From Bacillota bacterium (lineage in GTDB: Bacteria; Bacillota; UBA4882; JBLNCG01), in NCBI GenBank assembly GCA_050260475.1, contig JBLNCG010000061.1, positions 79,559 to 143,558 of the forward strand: DNA of 64,000 nucleotides, given 5' to 3'. Of the stretch, positions 18,192 to 27,523 are shown one piece after another (position 1 is the stretch's first letter; each line of letters opens with the position of its first letter). The position numbers were made by a program, and so were the translations under genes. The notes under the pieces were generated by a model that worked only from the letters and a program-made list of their open reading frames with translations, did no database searches and was not told where the DNA came from.

Positions 18192-20015
18192 TTACTGCGG
18201 CCTGGTCTCTTTATTAACCATCAACTGGGTTTGGCCGGTCCCGAGATCCAGACAATAAAGGTTAAGGTCACCGCCGCCCAAAAATAGCACTTTGTTTCCG
18301 TCGGGCGAAACGGTGAACGATTTGATCCCTTTCTGGGCCGGCGCAATATTTTTCACCAGTTCTTTAAACTGGTTACTCTTCATTTCCCACAACAGCAGGT
18401 TGCGGTCCGCGCAAATCAGAATCCGCTCCTCACCCTTGAGCCAAAGCAGTTCCTGCATTGCCACAAGCTCTCTTGTAATGTATTTCTGCCCGTCCCAGTC
18501 GCCTTTCAGCTCCCCGCCGGGCTTGGCCTTTTCCCATATCCCCTTCAACTGCTGATAAAACGCGTCGGCATCCTCTTTTTTTTGAAAGCGCCCGGCTTTG
18601 ACCCTGAACCAGATTCCCTTTTCCTTCAGATCCGCGGTTTCGATGCAAAAATCCGCGGACGGGCAGAGCGTTTTGAATTGCTCCAGAAGGGTTTGGGCTT
18701 TGGCGTAATCCGTGAAAGACGCCAGTTGAAGCCGGTAAAACGCCAGATCCCACGCCGCAGTAAACTGCCGGTTTACGGAATCCCAGATGCAAAGCTGGGG
18801 TGGATTTTTTTGCATGGAGACATAGGCTAAAAGCCTGCCCTCCGGGGACCACCGCCCCAGCATGGCCTTATCCATAAAAAGCACGGAACTTTTATCCCTG
18901 GTCCAGTTATAGAGCGCCGGGGCATCGCTTCCCGCCTTCCGGTATGTATAAATAAAACTCAGCCCCTCGGGATGCCAGTTGAAATCGTCTCCCTCCGCCG
19001 CGATCAGATAAGATTGCAGCGAATTGAGATTCAGCAGATTGACGCCCTTGGCGTTTTTGTAAAGGAGCTGGTTTCTCGGTCCCGTCACGGGCATCTCGGT
19101 GACGTTTTCCTTTAAGATCAGATGGCTTTCCCCGGTATCGGTGCGGAACATGACCAGCCCCTGGGCATTCCAGCCGATTATTTTCTGCGGGCCGGCCGGC
19201 GCCGCCCCGTAAAAGTCGTATTCCAATCCCCCTTTGCCCGGTAAATAATCAGGGGACTGGTCGTCGATCATATCCGCGCTTCCCGGCAGAACCCTGTATA
19301 AACGGAAATCCGCATCCAGCACAAGGTAGTAATAAGATCCTTTTTTGACCAGCATGATCAATTGATCCGTGGTAAAATAAACCTTCTCCACAGATTCCTT
19401 CACCAGTTGATAGCTTTTCCTGGTGAGGATATCATATAGGCAGACATTTCCCCATGGCTCCCCGGCTGTGCCGGATTTGTCGGAATATACCAGCTTATCT
19501 CCCCTGCGGCTGAATAAAAATAAAAGCTGCCCGCCCCCGGTCTGGGGAAACGTATATATCGTCTCTTGCTTTGTCAGATCCTGGTACAGCACCGCCAACT
19601 GGTAATTCTGCCCGGTCTGCCATATATAATACAATGCGGAGTCGTCCGGCGACCACCTTAAATCCATAATCCCGGACCCTGCGTCCTTTAATTCCCAGAT
19701 GACCCTGGCTTCCTGGATTTTCCGCAGGTCGTCCGCAAGCCATATTTTATTCCGATCAATGTAAACGCCCTTCTGGCCGGAATGGCTTTTATAAAGCCTG
19801 ATTCTGTCCGCGGAAAAACCCGCGCTTCTGCCGCCCTGGTAGTAATAAAGGGTTCCGGGAGCGGTTCCGTCGCCGGACAGATAATAAAACGCGTCGTTGT
19901 CGACCCAAAACGGGGCATATAAAACCGTTGGTTGAGCATAGACGGGTATTCGCGCAAAAAACGCCGCGCCGGCAATAAGCGGAATGAGAACCGTCAAACG
20001 CATGTTCCATCTCAA
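18192..20015 (-). CDS. secreted TolB-like beta-propeller protein with an embedded SPOR peptidoglycan-binding domain
   Basis: 607 aa with a signal peptide (LIPLIAGAAFFARIPVYAQP) and repeated WSPDxxxLxY / SPDGxKVLF propeller-type motifs. Residues ~440-505 (YRLQLASFTDYAKAQ...WFRVKAGRFQKKEDADAFYQQLKG) look like a SPOR domain. Confidence 0.6.
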   Translation of the reverse strand: MRWNMRLTVLIPLIAGAAFFARIPVYAQPTVLYAPFWVDNDAFYYLSGDGTAPGTLYYYQGGRSAGFSADRIRLYKSHSGQKGVYIDRNKIWLADDLRKIQEARVIWELKDAGSGIMDLRWSPDDSALYYIWQTGQNYQLAVLYQDLTKQETIYTFPQTGGGQLLFLFSRRGDKLVYSDKSGTAGEPWGNVCLYDILTRKSYQLVKESVEKVYFTTDQLIMLVKKGSYYYLVLDADFRLYRVLPGSADMIDDQSPDYLPGKGGLEYDFYGAAPAGPQKIIGWNAQGLVMFRTDTGESHLILKENVTEMPVTGPRNQLLYKNAKGVNLLNLNSLQSYLIAAEGDDFNWHPEGLSFIYTYRKAGSDAPALYNWTRDKSSVLFMDKAMLGRWSPEGRLLAYVSMQKNPPQLCIWDSVNRQFTAAWDLAFYRLQLASFTDYAKAQTLLEQFKTLCPSADFCIETADLKEKGIWFRVKAGRFQKKEDADAFYQQLKGIWEKAKPGGELKGDWDGQKYITRELVAMQELLWLKGEERILICADRNLLLWEMKSNQFKELVKNIAPAQKGIKSFTVSPDGNKVLFLGGGDLNLYCLDLGTGQTQLMVNKETRPQ

Positions 20016-20082
20016 CTCACGCTCACCTCACATTTTACATCCCGCATTTGATTGATGGATGCAATCGTGATAAATTTCTCCA

Positions 20083-20703
20083 TCAGCTCCGGCTTTCCTG
20101 CCGTAAACGGGGAAAATCCGCGCCGGCGGAGGAGTAATTTTTACCATACAACCTCTTATACCAGGCATAGGTCCAGAGCACTTTCTTTAAATAAACCCGC
20201 GTCTCTTCAAAGGGGATCTGTTCGGCATGGCGCGGATCGCCGCTCCACGTTTTTTGCCTGAGCCAGGTCTGCACATGCAGGTGGCCGCTGTTGTATGCGC
20301 AAAGAACCAGCGGGAGCTTCCCGAGAAATTCCCGGTTCAAGTAGTTCAGATACCAGCACCCGTATTCGATGTTTTTTACGGGCACGGAAAGTTCCCGGAG
20401 GCTAAATTCCATTCCCCGCCTGGTTGCAATCCAGGCCCCCGTATCCGGCATGACCTGCATCAAACCGAGCGCGCCCTTGGGGGAGTGAGCCGCAGGATTG
20501 AAGCTGCTTTCCACTTTAATGATGGAGATGACCAGCAGGGGATCAAGGGAATACCTGAAGCAGTTTTCATGGATGATTTGTTTGTAGGGGAAAGGGAAAA
20601 ATATTCTGGCCGCGATCGGGGCGATCAAAATCACCGCTACCGCCGCCAGCCAGCATATCGTGTAAACCAACAAATTTCGCCAACCTATATAGTAATACCG
20701 CAA
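20083..20703 (-). CDS. lytic transglycosylase (SLT domain), membrane anchored
   Basis: It has the catalytic block VESSFNPAAHSPKGALGLMQVMP plus AYNSG, and one N-terminal TM helix. Confidence 0.87.
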   Translation of the reverse strand: MRYYYIGWRNLLVYTICWLAAVAVILIAPIAARIFFPFPYKQIIHENCFRYSLDPLLVISIIKVESSFNPAAHSPKGALGLMQVMPDTGAWIATRRGMEFSLRELSVPVKNIEYGCWYLNYLNREFLGKLPLVLCAYNSGHLHVQTWLRQKTWSGDPRHAEQIPFEETRVYLKKVLWTYAWYKRLYGKNYSSAGADFPRLRQESRS

Positions 20704-20773
20704 TTCAACCGCTCCCGTAATAAAATTTATGCGGATTTAACGGTTTTAAACCGGTGATCAAACATATCAAAGG

Positions 20774-20818
20774 CCATTGCGTTGTTGTCTTAATGCTAAT
20801 ATCATAACAACGCAAATT
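20774..20818. repeat. family A repeat, internally deleted mini-copy (outer arms only)
   Basis: CCATTGCGTTGTT - 19 nt - AACAACGCAAAT. An AAACCGGTGATCA motif lies 14 nt upstream (20749-20760). Confidence 0.55.
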
Positions 20819-20822
20819 CTCA

Positions 20823-21437
20823 TCAATACAACTTATACTTGGTCTGTACGGCCCGCCAGGCATCCCTGACCCTGCCCTCCAACCCTGACAAATCTCCGCT
20901 GTTGTCTATGCAATAATCCGCCAGGCGCATTTTTTCATCCATGGGCATCTGCAATCTAATGCGCTTTATGGCTTCCCCGGAAATAAGGCGGTCGCGGCGC
21001 ATGATGCGATCGAGCTGCATTTTTTCCGTGGCGTAAACCACAACTGAAAGGTCAAAATGTTTATTCCATCCGGTTTCAAAGAGCAGGGGGACTTCAACCA
21101 GGACGGCGCGGAAGCCCCCGGCCGCGAGATCTTCGAGTCGGCGGTCCACTTCTTTTTTCACCGCCGGGTGCACAATCCCTTCCAGCTTCTTTAAGGCAAC
21201 CGGATGCGAAAAAACATGCGCCCCCAGCGCGGCGCGGTCAACGGAACCATCGTTTTTTACGTAGTTTCCCTTAAAGGTTCTTAAGAAATCTTCCCGGGCC
21301 GATCCGGACGGCTCTATCACCTCGCGGGCGATCTTGTCGGCGGAAACCACCGGAACGCCAAGCTTGTTCCAGATTTCCGCAACCGTGCTTTTTCCGGTTC
21401 CCATGCCTCCCGTCAAGGCTATTTTAAGCAAGTTCAA
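20823..21437 (-). CDS. coaE: dephospho-CoA kinase
   Basis: 204 aa with the P-loop GGMGTGKST. It follows the ytaF-coaE synteny seen in Bacillus. Confidence 0.93.
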   Translation of the reverse strand: MNLLKIALTGGMGTGKSTVAEIWNKLGVPVVSADKIAREVIEPSGSAREDFLRTFKGNYVKNDGSVDRAALGAHVFSHPVALKKLEGIVHPAVKKEVDRRLEDLAAGGFRAVLVEVPLLFETGWNKHFDLSVVVYATEKMQLDRIMRRDRLISGEAIKRIRLQMPMDEKMRLADYCIDNSGDLSGLEGRVRDAWRAVQTKYKLY

Positions 21438-21454
21438 GACTCCTTTTTCCGCGG

Positions 21455-22084
21455 CTAAAAAAACCTGCTGATGCCTAAAACGATGATTATCAATCCGGGT
21501 ATGAATTTCAACCTGCCCAGGGCGTCCGGTGCGCTTTTCCCCGCCTGCAGGCCCAATATGAACAGGACAAATTGGAAAATACCCGCCATCAATGGTATAT
21601 ACAAAGGCCGGACACCGCTTAGGGCCAGGCCGATTCCCGCTCCGAAAGCGTCGATGGACAGCGCCAGCCCCAGCAGAACCGCTTCCGAAGCCCCGATTCC
21701 TCCGGAATGATCCCGATCCGCGGTAGCGGGCTCATAAAGTATCTTCACGACCAAATCCAGGAATGGGATGCGGAAACTATATTCCCCGCACCCCGGCTTC
21801 AGTTTGTCTTCCATCTTAAGATACTGTCTGATGAGACAAATCCCGATGCCGGTCAAAAGCAAGGCGCCTGTAAGTTTCGACAGCCCCGGCGGCAGAAACG
21901 CCCGGCAGATGCCGCCGCCTACCATGGCGAAAAACAAAACCGCCGCGGACGTTATTCCCATAATGATCCTGGAACGAAGCGGCACGGCGATTTTCTGCGC
22001 TCCATAAGAGATCCCTGCCGCAAAGCTGTCCAGGCTCAAGGATAAGGAGATCAACAAGAGATGCAGCATTATTTTCCCCCGCAT
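21455..22084 (-). CDS. ytaF: sporulation membrane protein YtaF
   Basis: 209 aa. It shares LSLDSFAAGISYG and ADRDHSGGIGASEAVLLGLALSIDAFGAGIG with B. subtilis YtaF as I recall it. The mutM-ytaF-coaE order is also conserved. Confidence 0.88.
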   Translation of the reverse strand: MRGKIMLHLLLISLSLSLDSFAAGISYGAQKIAVPLRSRIIMGITSAAVLFFAMVGGGICRAFLPPGLSKLTGALLLTGIGICLIRQYLKMEDKLKPGCGEYSFRIPFLDLVVKILYEPATADRDHSGGIGASEAVLLGLALSIDAFGAGIGLALSGVRPLYIPLMAGIFQFVLFILGLQAGKSAPDALGRLKFIPGLIIIVLGISRFF

Positions 22085-22173
22085 CGCTTTGTTTAAAACC
22101 TTTATATCTTATACAGCAAGCGGAGGATCGGTGCGTTTGCAAAACCGGGGGACAAACGTCGGGGTCTTTAAAA

Positions 22174-23031
22174 TTATTCGCGGCCCTTGTTTTTTTTCGG
22201 CGCCTTTTCCCGCTGGCAGACCGGGCAATAATAAGTACCGCGGCTCCCCAGCACCGAACGTACGATATCCCTGCCGCACCGGACGCATTTTTCACCCTTT
22301 CGCCCGTATACCAGGAGCCTTTCCTGAAAAGCTCCGGCGGCGCCGAACCCGTCCAGGTAGTCCCGTTTTGTGGTGCCCCGATAGGCGATGGCCTCCCTTA
22401 AAATCTCCCGTATGGTCCGGTGCAATCGCTCAAGATCCGCGGCGGAAAGCTCGCCCGCAGGAGTGCGGGGATTGATGCCGGCCCTGAACAACGATTCATC
22501 GGCGTATATATTACCGATGCCCGCAATTTTTGCCTGATCCAGAAGAAGATTCTTGATCCTGGTTTTGCTGTCCGTGCAAAGACCGCGCAAATAAACGGGG
22601 GTGAACCCCTCCTCCAGGGGTTCGGGACCCAGCTCCCCAAGGCTTCCCGGCGGCGACTCTCGTTCCTTTTTCCAGAGATACATGAAGGCGAATTTGCGCG
22701 TGTCCGTGAGGCGAAGCTCCAGGCCGGCATCCAGCCTGATGATGAAAGAGGTGTGTTTGCGGATATCTTCCTGCGGATCCGTAAGCACAAGCTGCCCGGT
22801 CATCCTCAGATGAAAAACCAGCCTGTCTCCGGAAGACAATTCCCAGATCAGGTATTTACCCCGCCTTTTCAGGGAAACACCCTTTTGCCCGCATATTCTT
22901 TTCCGCACTTCCTCCGGTTCCGCATCTTTTAAAACCTTGGGGTATAAAATTTCCACGTCGCAGATTCCCGAACCGGTGAGATAAGGTTCAAGCCCGGTTC
23001 TGATTGTCTCCACTTCAGGCAGTTCCGGCAT
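22174..23031 (-). CDS. mutM: formamidopyrimidine-DNA glycosylase
   Basis: It has the N-terminal MPELPEVE, an H2TH region and a C-terminal zinc finger (CVRCG...YYCPVCQ). Confidence 0.96.
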   Translation of the reverse strand: MPELPEVETIRTGLEPYLTGSGICDVEILYPKVLKDAEPEEVRKRICGQKGVSLKRRGKYLIWELSSGDRLVFHLRMTGQLVLTDPQEDIRKHTSFIIRLDAGLELRLTDTRKFAFMYLWKKERESPPGSLGELGPEPLEEGFTPVYLRGLCTDSKTRIKNLLLDQAKIAGIGNIYADESLFRAGINPRTPAGELSAADLERLHRTIREILREAIAYRGTTKRDYLDGFGAAGAFQERLLVYGRKGEKCVRCGRDIVRSVLGSRGTYYCPVCQREKAPKKNKGRE

Positions 23032-23035
23032 CCCA

Positions 23036-25696
23036 TCACCGCTTTCTTTTATATGGGGTCATTTCACCCCAGTTGGCGCCGGTTTTGGCGTCCACCGTTA
23101 CCGGCACGGTCATGGGATACACCCCTTCCATTTCCGGAATTACTATCTCCGCCAGGGCATCCAGTTCGCTCTTGTGCACCTCGAAAACCAGTTCATCATG
23201 CACTTGCAGGATCATGCGTGCGGTAGGCGCTTTTTGCCGCAAAACGGGAAATATTCTGACCATGGCCAGTTTGATGAAATCCGCGGCGCTCCCCTGGATG
23301 GGCGTATTGCGCGCGGTCCGCTCCGCAAAAGACTTCGCAGTATTATTCCGCGAATGAAGGTCCGGAAGATAGCGCCTCCGGTGTAAAATGGTCTCCGCGT
23401 ACCCTTTCTCCCGGGCTTCATCCACCAGGCGCTCCAGGCATTCCTTCACCTTAAGGTATTTTTCAAAGTAGCTCGCGATGTAATTTTCCGCTTCACGCCT
23501 GGGGATCCCCAAATCCCTGGACAGCCCGTATCCGCTCATGCCATACAGAATGCCGAAATTAACCGTCTTCGCCCTGTTCCGCATGAGCGGCGTGACATCT
23601 TCCGGCAGCACGTTGAAAATCTCCGCGGCAGTGTATGCGTGGATATCCCCGCTTTCCCTGAATGCCCGGCAAAACTGGGGATCCTGGGAGAGATGGGCCA
23701 GAATGCGCAGCTCGATCTGGGAATAATCGCAGGAAAAAAGGAGGCGATCGGGGCTCCCGGCGATAAAGGCCTTGCGGATCTCGCGCCCGTCCCCGGTGCG
23801 GATGGGGATGTTCTGCAGGTTGGGATTGCTGCTGCTAAGCCTGCCCGTGGCGGTGACCGCCTGGTTGAACGAAGTATGCACCCTGCCGTCCTTGCCGCAT
23901 AACTGGGGGAGCACATCCACATAAGTCGTTTTTAACTTGACAAGCTGCCTGTTCTCCAGGATCAAACGCACTACCGGATGATGCTCCGCCAGGCTTTCCA
24001 ACACCTCGGCATCGGTGGAAAAACCCGTCTTGGTCTTCTTCTGCGCAGGCAGTTTCAGCCGCTCGAAGAGGAATTCCCCGAGCTGTTTCGGGGAATTGAT
24101 ATTGAATTCTCCCCCGGCGTGTTTAAAAATCTTGTCCGCCAGTTCATCCAGGCGGGATGACATTTTCCTGCTTAAATCCTTAAGGAATTCAACATCCACG
24201 GCAACCCCGCTTTTCTCCATCTCAAGCAGCACGGCGGTCAATGGTATTTCCACCTCCCGGTACAGGCTCTCCATCCCCCAGGAGCGGATCTTTTCGTGCA
24301 AATCCGTAAAAAGCCTTCCGATGACGCCCACCGCCGCCCCCGCGAGCTGCGCCAAGCTTAGCTCGCTATTTTCCCGGAAGGAATATAAAGGCAAATCTTT
24401 TAATTCCGGGCCGTATTCGGCAAAAGAGATGCGGAGGTGCATCCTGGCCGCTTCCGCCAGTTCGTGGCCGGCCGCGCCGGCGTTGGCCAAGTAGGAAAGA
24501 AGCATGGTATCGTCATCCGCCGGGGGCAGATGCAGTCCGGTTTCGGCGCAGAATTTCGCCTGGGTTTTATAATCGTGGCAAATTTTTTTCACATCAGCGG
24601 ATCCCAGACATTCCAGCCATTTCTCCCGGGCCTCCCCCGGACGGTACTCTAGAAAAGCCGGCTTCCCGGAAGCAAGATCCAGGGCAACCCCCACCGGCTC
24701 CCGGATTTTATTTTCGTTCTCCCTGAAAATATACTGATAAATGATCCCGTCCTTTTCCGCCTCCTTGAAAAAAAGCGCCCAATCGGGATTTTCCCGGGCG
24801 GGAGTGAAAAGATCCCGGAGGCTGCCTGCGGAGGTCTTACCTCCCAGCTTCGCCAGGAGCGAGGTGAATTCCAGTTCCTCATAGATGGGACGAAGCGCAT
24901 CCGGATCCGGCGCCCGGTACTTCCATTTCTCATAATCCAGTTCAATGGGCGCCTCGCAATCAATGGTGGCCAACCTGCGGCTCAAACGGGCCTGTTCCTG
25001 GTGCTCCGAAAGCAAATTCCTCCACCTGTCCTTTTTAATCATGTCCAGAGACCCGAGAAGCCGGTCCAGGGTCCGAAATTCCTGCAAAAGCTGCGTGGCG
25101 CTTTTGTCTCCGATGCCCGGCACGCCGGGGATATTGTCCGATGTATCGCCGCTCAACCCTTTCCAGTCCGGGACCTGCTCAGGCCAGATCCCGTAACGCC
25201 CGTAAACCTTTTCCCTGTCGAACAGCTCCATTTCCGTAATCCCCTTGCGGGTCAGCAGGACTTTGATGCGCCCTTTCACCAACTGCAGGGCATCCCTATC
25301 TCCCGTGACAATATAGACATCCAAACCCTTGCCCTCGGCAAAAACCGCGGCTGTGCCGATCAGGTCGTCCGCCTCAAAACCGGCCTTCTCCATACAGGCC
25401 ACGCCGTAATCATGGAGCAGTCTTTTTAAAACGGGAAACTGATCCGTCAGGTTCTCCGGGGACTTTTGGCGGTGCGCCTTATATTCCACATACTCCCGGT
25501 GCCGGAAAGTGGGAGCGGCCAGATCAAAAGCCGCCGCCCAGTAATCCGGGGCGTAATCCTCCGCAAGGCGGTTCAGCATCATGGTAAACCCATAAACCGC
25601 GTTTGTCGGCATTCCGGACGCGGTCGTGAACACGGGCAGGGCGTAAAAAGCCCTGTTCATCAAGCTGTTGCCGTCCAGAAGGAGCAGCTTTGCCAT
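23036..25696 (-). CDS. polA: DNA polymerase I
   Basis: 886 aa with a 5'-3' exonuclease N-domain and the polymerase motifs DYSQIELRILAHL, RRxAKTVNFGILYG and QVHDELVFEV. Confidence 0.98.
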   Translation of the reverse strand: MAKLLLLDGNSLMNRAFYALPVFTTASGMPTNAVYGFTMMLNRLAEDYAPDYWAAAFDLAAPTFRHREYVEYKAHRQKSPENLTDQFPVLKRLLHDYGVACMEKAGFEADDLIGTAAVFAEGKGLDVYIVTGDRDALQLVKGRIKVLLTRKGITEMELFDREKVYGRYGIWPEQVPDWKGLSGDTSDNIPGVPGIGDKSATQLLQEFRTLDRLLGSLDMIKKDRWRNLLSEHQEQARLSRRLATIDCEAPIELDYEKWKYRAPDPDALRPIYEELEFTSLLAKLGGKTSAGSLRDLFTPARENPDWALFFKEAEKDGIIYQYIFRENENKIREPVGVALDLASGKPAFLEYRPGEAREKWLECLGSADVKKICHDYKTQAKFCAETGLHLPPADDDTMLLSYLANAGAAGHELAEAARMHLRISFAEYGPELKDLPLYSFRENSELSLAQLAGAAVGVIGRLFTDLHEKIRSWGMESLYREVEIPLTAVLLEMEKSGVAVDVEFLKDLSRKMSSRLDELADKIFKHAGGEFNINSPKQLGEFLFERLKLPAQKKTKTGFSTDAEVLESLAEHHPVVRLILENRQLVKLKTTYVDVLPQLCGKDGRVHTSFNQAVTATGRLSSSNPNLQNIPIRTGDGREIRKAFIAGSPDRLLFSCDYSQIELRILAHLSQDPQFCRAFRESGDIHAYTAAEIFNVLPEDVTPLMRNRAKTVNFGILYGMSGYGLSRDLGIPRREAENYIASYFEKYLKVKECLERLVDEAREKGYAETILHRRRYLPDLHSRNNTAKSFAERTARNTPIQGSAADFIKLAMVRIFPVLRQKAPTARMILQVHDELVFEVHKSELDALAEIVIPEMEGVYPMTVPVTVDAKTGANWGEMTPYKRKR

Positions 25697-25717
25697 GCTT
25701 CATTCCCCTTTTTCCAG

Positions 25718-25869
25718 AAGCGTCGTGATAAAATCGAACTCACCCCCGTTCCCCCTCTCTTCTACGGAATGGAGGGGGACATAGCAAGGCTTCGAAGACT
25801 TAGGGTTGCCCTCTCTTTCTCCACCCGGGGGAATCCCAGAACCCGGAGAAAGAGAGGGCAAGGGTGGGT
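25718..25869 (+). repeat. family B structured repeat, copy B1
   Basis: A conserved leader AAGCGTCGTGATAAAATCGA is followed by a closing stem ACTCACCC (25738-45) with GGGTGGGT (25862-69). The stem encloses the hairpin CCCCCTC/GAGGGGG, a GCTTCGAAG core, and a perfect 15-bp hairpin GCCCTCTCTTTCTCC/GGAGAAAGAGAGGGC. It aligns with the reverse complement of 53750-53873. Confidence 0.75.
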
Positions 25870-25923
25870 ATCTTCAACGCTTCTAGGCCCGTTGATTAAA
25901 TACGCTTGTTTTCATTGCGGTTT

Positions 25924-26847
25924 TCATGCAAAACGCCCGCCCAGTAAAGCCACACCCGCGGCATTGTCCGAACAGTATTTTTTCTCCGCAAAAAGAAGGC
26001 GTCCCGGCAAATTTTCCTTAAGGTAATCCTGGATCGCACCGTTGGCCATGACGCCCCCTACCAGTAAAACGGCACCGGCTTCCGTTTCGGAGAGATTATC
26101 CCGGATTATCTCACCCAGCATCCTTCCGATACAATGAAACACGGCTTTAGCGATTTCCGCCGGGCGCACGCCCTGCTCGATCAGACGTAAGGCCGCGGTG
26201 GCGGGTCCTGAAAAACTAATCCTGTTCTTCTGTTTCGAAAAGGGCAGGGCGGGGTATCCACCCCCGCACTCCTCCGCCATACGTTCCAGCGCAGGGCCCG
26301 CAGGAAACGGCAGTCCCATGGCCACGCCGATCCGGTCGACAAACTGGCCCGCGTGCAGATCCGAAGTGGCCGCCAGAATGCGGCAGCAGTATCCTGCAGA
26401 CGATTCTTCCACCGCAAGGACTTCGGTGGTTCCGCCGGAAAAATGCCCCGCCAGAAACCTCGGAGGCAGTTCCTCTCCGCAGGACCACGCGCCGGCTGCC
26501 AGGTGCCCCTCCTGATGGGAGCAGAAGTAAACCGGTTTATCCGCCAGCGAAGCGATGGATCGGGCGAAATTCCTCCCCACCGTGAAAACCGGCAGATAAG
26601 AGCCGGGTAAACGCCTGGGCGCATCGCTTGCAGCCACTACATCCACGGATTTCAGGAATCCCCCAAACTCCTCCAGGAGCAAGGGAATATTGCGCAAGTG
26701 CTGGAATACCGCCTCGGACTGCCGAAGTCCTTTTCTTCCCTCAGGAACTGAAAGCGGTATCCTCCTGTCCGCAGCCATCCTGCCGTTTTCCCAAAACGCC
26801 GCGGAGGTTGTATAACAGCTCGTATCAAAGGCCAGGACATTTCCCAT
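25924..26847 (-). CDS. TsaD/Kae1-like (glycoprotease/ASKHA family) protein, short paralog
   Basis: 307 aa with an N-terminal LAFDTSCYTT (compare GIDTSCDDT of TsaD), an HQEGH metal-site-like motif and a C-terminal LLVGGVMAN. It overlaps the nusB 3' end by 23 nt. Confidence 0.6.
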   Translation of the reverse strand: MGNVLAFDTSCYTTSAAFWENGRMAADRRIPLSVPEGRKGLRQSEAVFQHLRNIPLLLEEFGGFLKSVDVVAASDAPRRLPGSYLPVFTVGRNFARSIASLADKPVYFCSHQEGHLAAGAWSCGEELPPRFLAGHFSGGTTEVLAVEESSAGYCCRILAATSDLHAGQFVDRIGVAMGLPFPAGPALERMAEECGGGYPALPFSKQKNRISFSGPATAALRLIEQGVRPAEIAKAVFHCIGRMLGEIIRDNLSETEAGAVLLVGGVMANGAIQDYLKENLPGRLLFAEKKYCSDNAAGVALLGGRFA

Positions 26848-27265
26848 CTTGAGCCTCTTTTTTAGGGTCCGTATCCCGCGCTATGCGCCCCAGCACGCCG
26901 TTGACGAATTTCCCGGATTCATCATCACCGTAAACCTTGGCCAGTTCCACAGCCTCGTTTACGGTAACGCTGACGGGGATGTCGGAACACTCCAGCAGTT
27001 CATATACGGAAAAGCGGAGAATATTGCGGTCGGTGCCGGCCATCCTCTCCAGGGTCCAGTCCAGGGCCGCATGGCTGATAAGCTCATCGATCCTAATCAG
27101 ATTTTCTAGAGTGCCTTCCACTAGTCGTTTTAAAAAATCCCGCGCCTTAACCGACATATCCTCTTCGGCGATTGCGCGCTCCAGGGCGGTTTGCCAGGGG
27201 ATCTGCCCCACATCGACTTGAAACAGGACGCAAAGCGCCTTTTCCCTCGCCCGGCGTCGGCTCAT
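26825..27265 (-). CDS. nusB: transcription antitermination factor NusB
   Basis: 146 aa starting RRRAREKALCVLFQVD, with an all-helical NusB character. It follows the asp23 cluster as in Bacillus yqhY-nusB. Confidence 0.93.
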   Translation of the reverse strand: MSRRRAREKALCVLFQVDVGQIPWQTALERAIAEEDMSVKARDFLKRLVEGTLENLIRIDELISHAALDWTLERMAGTDRNILRFSVYELLECSDIPVSVTVNEAVELAKVYGDDESGKFVNGVLGRIARDTDPKKEAQDGKCPGL

Positions 27266-27286
27266 CAGATCACCTCAAAATAAAAT

Positions 27287-27523
27287 CTACTCTTTCGGCG
27301 GAAAATAGCGACGGAGCATTTCCATCATCGTATTCCTGGGATGATCCATGCTTTTGCCGATCAGATACCCCGCCGCGACAATGGCCGCAAAAACCAGTGT
27401 CACCCAGAAATCTTTCGTGGCAAGGAATATTATTCCCAGGACCAACCCGAAGAAAGTGCCGATAATCCGCCCTTTATATTCCAGCAGCATGGGGATGAGA
27501 TCATGCTTTCCATTCTCGTCCAA
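27287..27523 (-). CDS. small integral membrane protein (DUF2273-like) of the Asp23 cluster
   Basis: It has two TM helices (IIGTFFGLVLGIIFLA and VTLVFAAIVAAGYLIG). I prefer the in-frame TTG at 27523, preceded by AAAGGAGG 7 nt upstream; the ORF track start is 27586. Confidence 0.65.
   Translation of the reverse strand: MDENGKHDLIPMLLEYKGRIIGTFFGLVLGIIFLATKDFWVTLVFAAIVAAGYLIGKSMDHPRNTMMEMLRRYFPPKE

Noticed and set aside
25466..26026. ORFs crossing the family B repeats (this one, and 53678..53866 on the minus strand) share the peptide RLRRLRV.LSF, which could suggest a small conserved protein.
   Set aside because: The shared peptide is simply the translated DNA repeat. The ORFs differ in length, lack an RBS and run into flanking genes. 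The nucleotide-level pattern of paired stems and loop-confined indels fits a structured nucleic acid better than a coding sequence.
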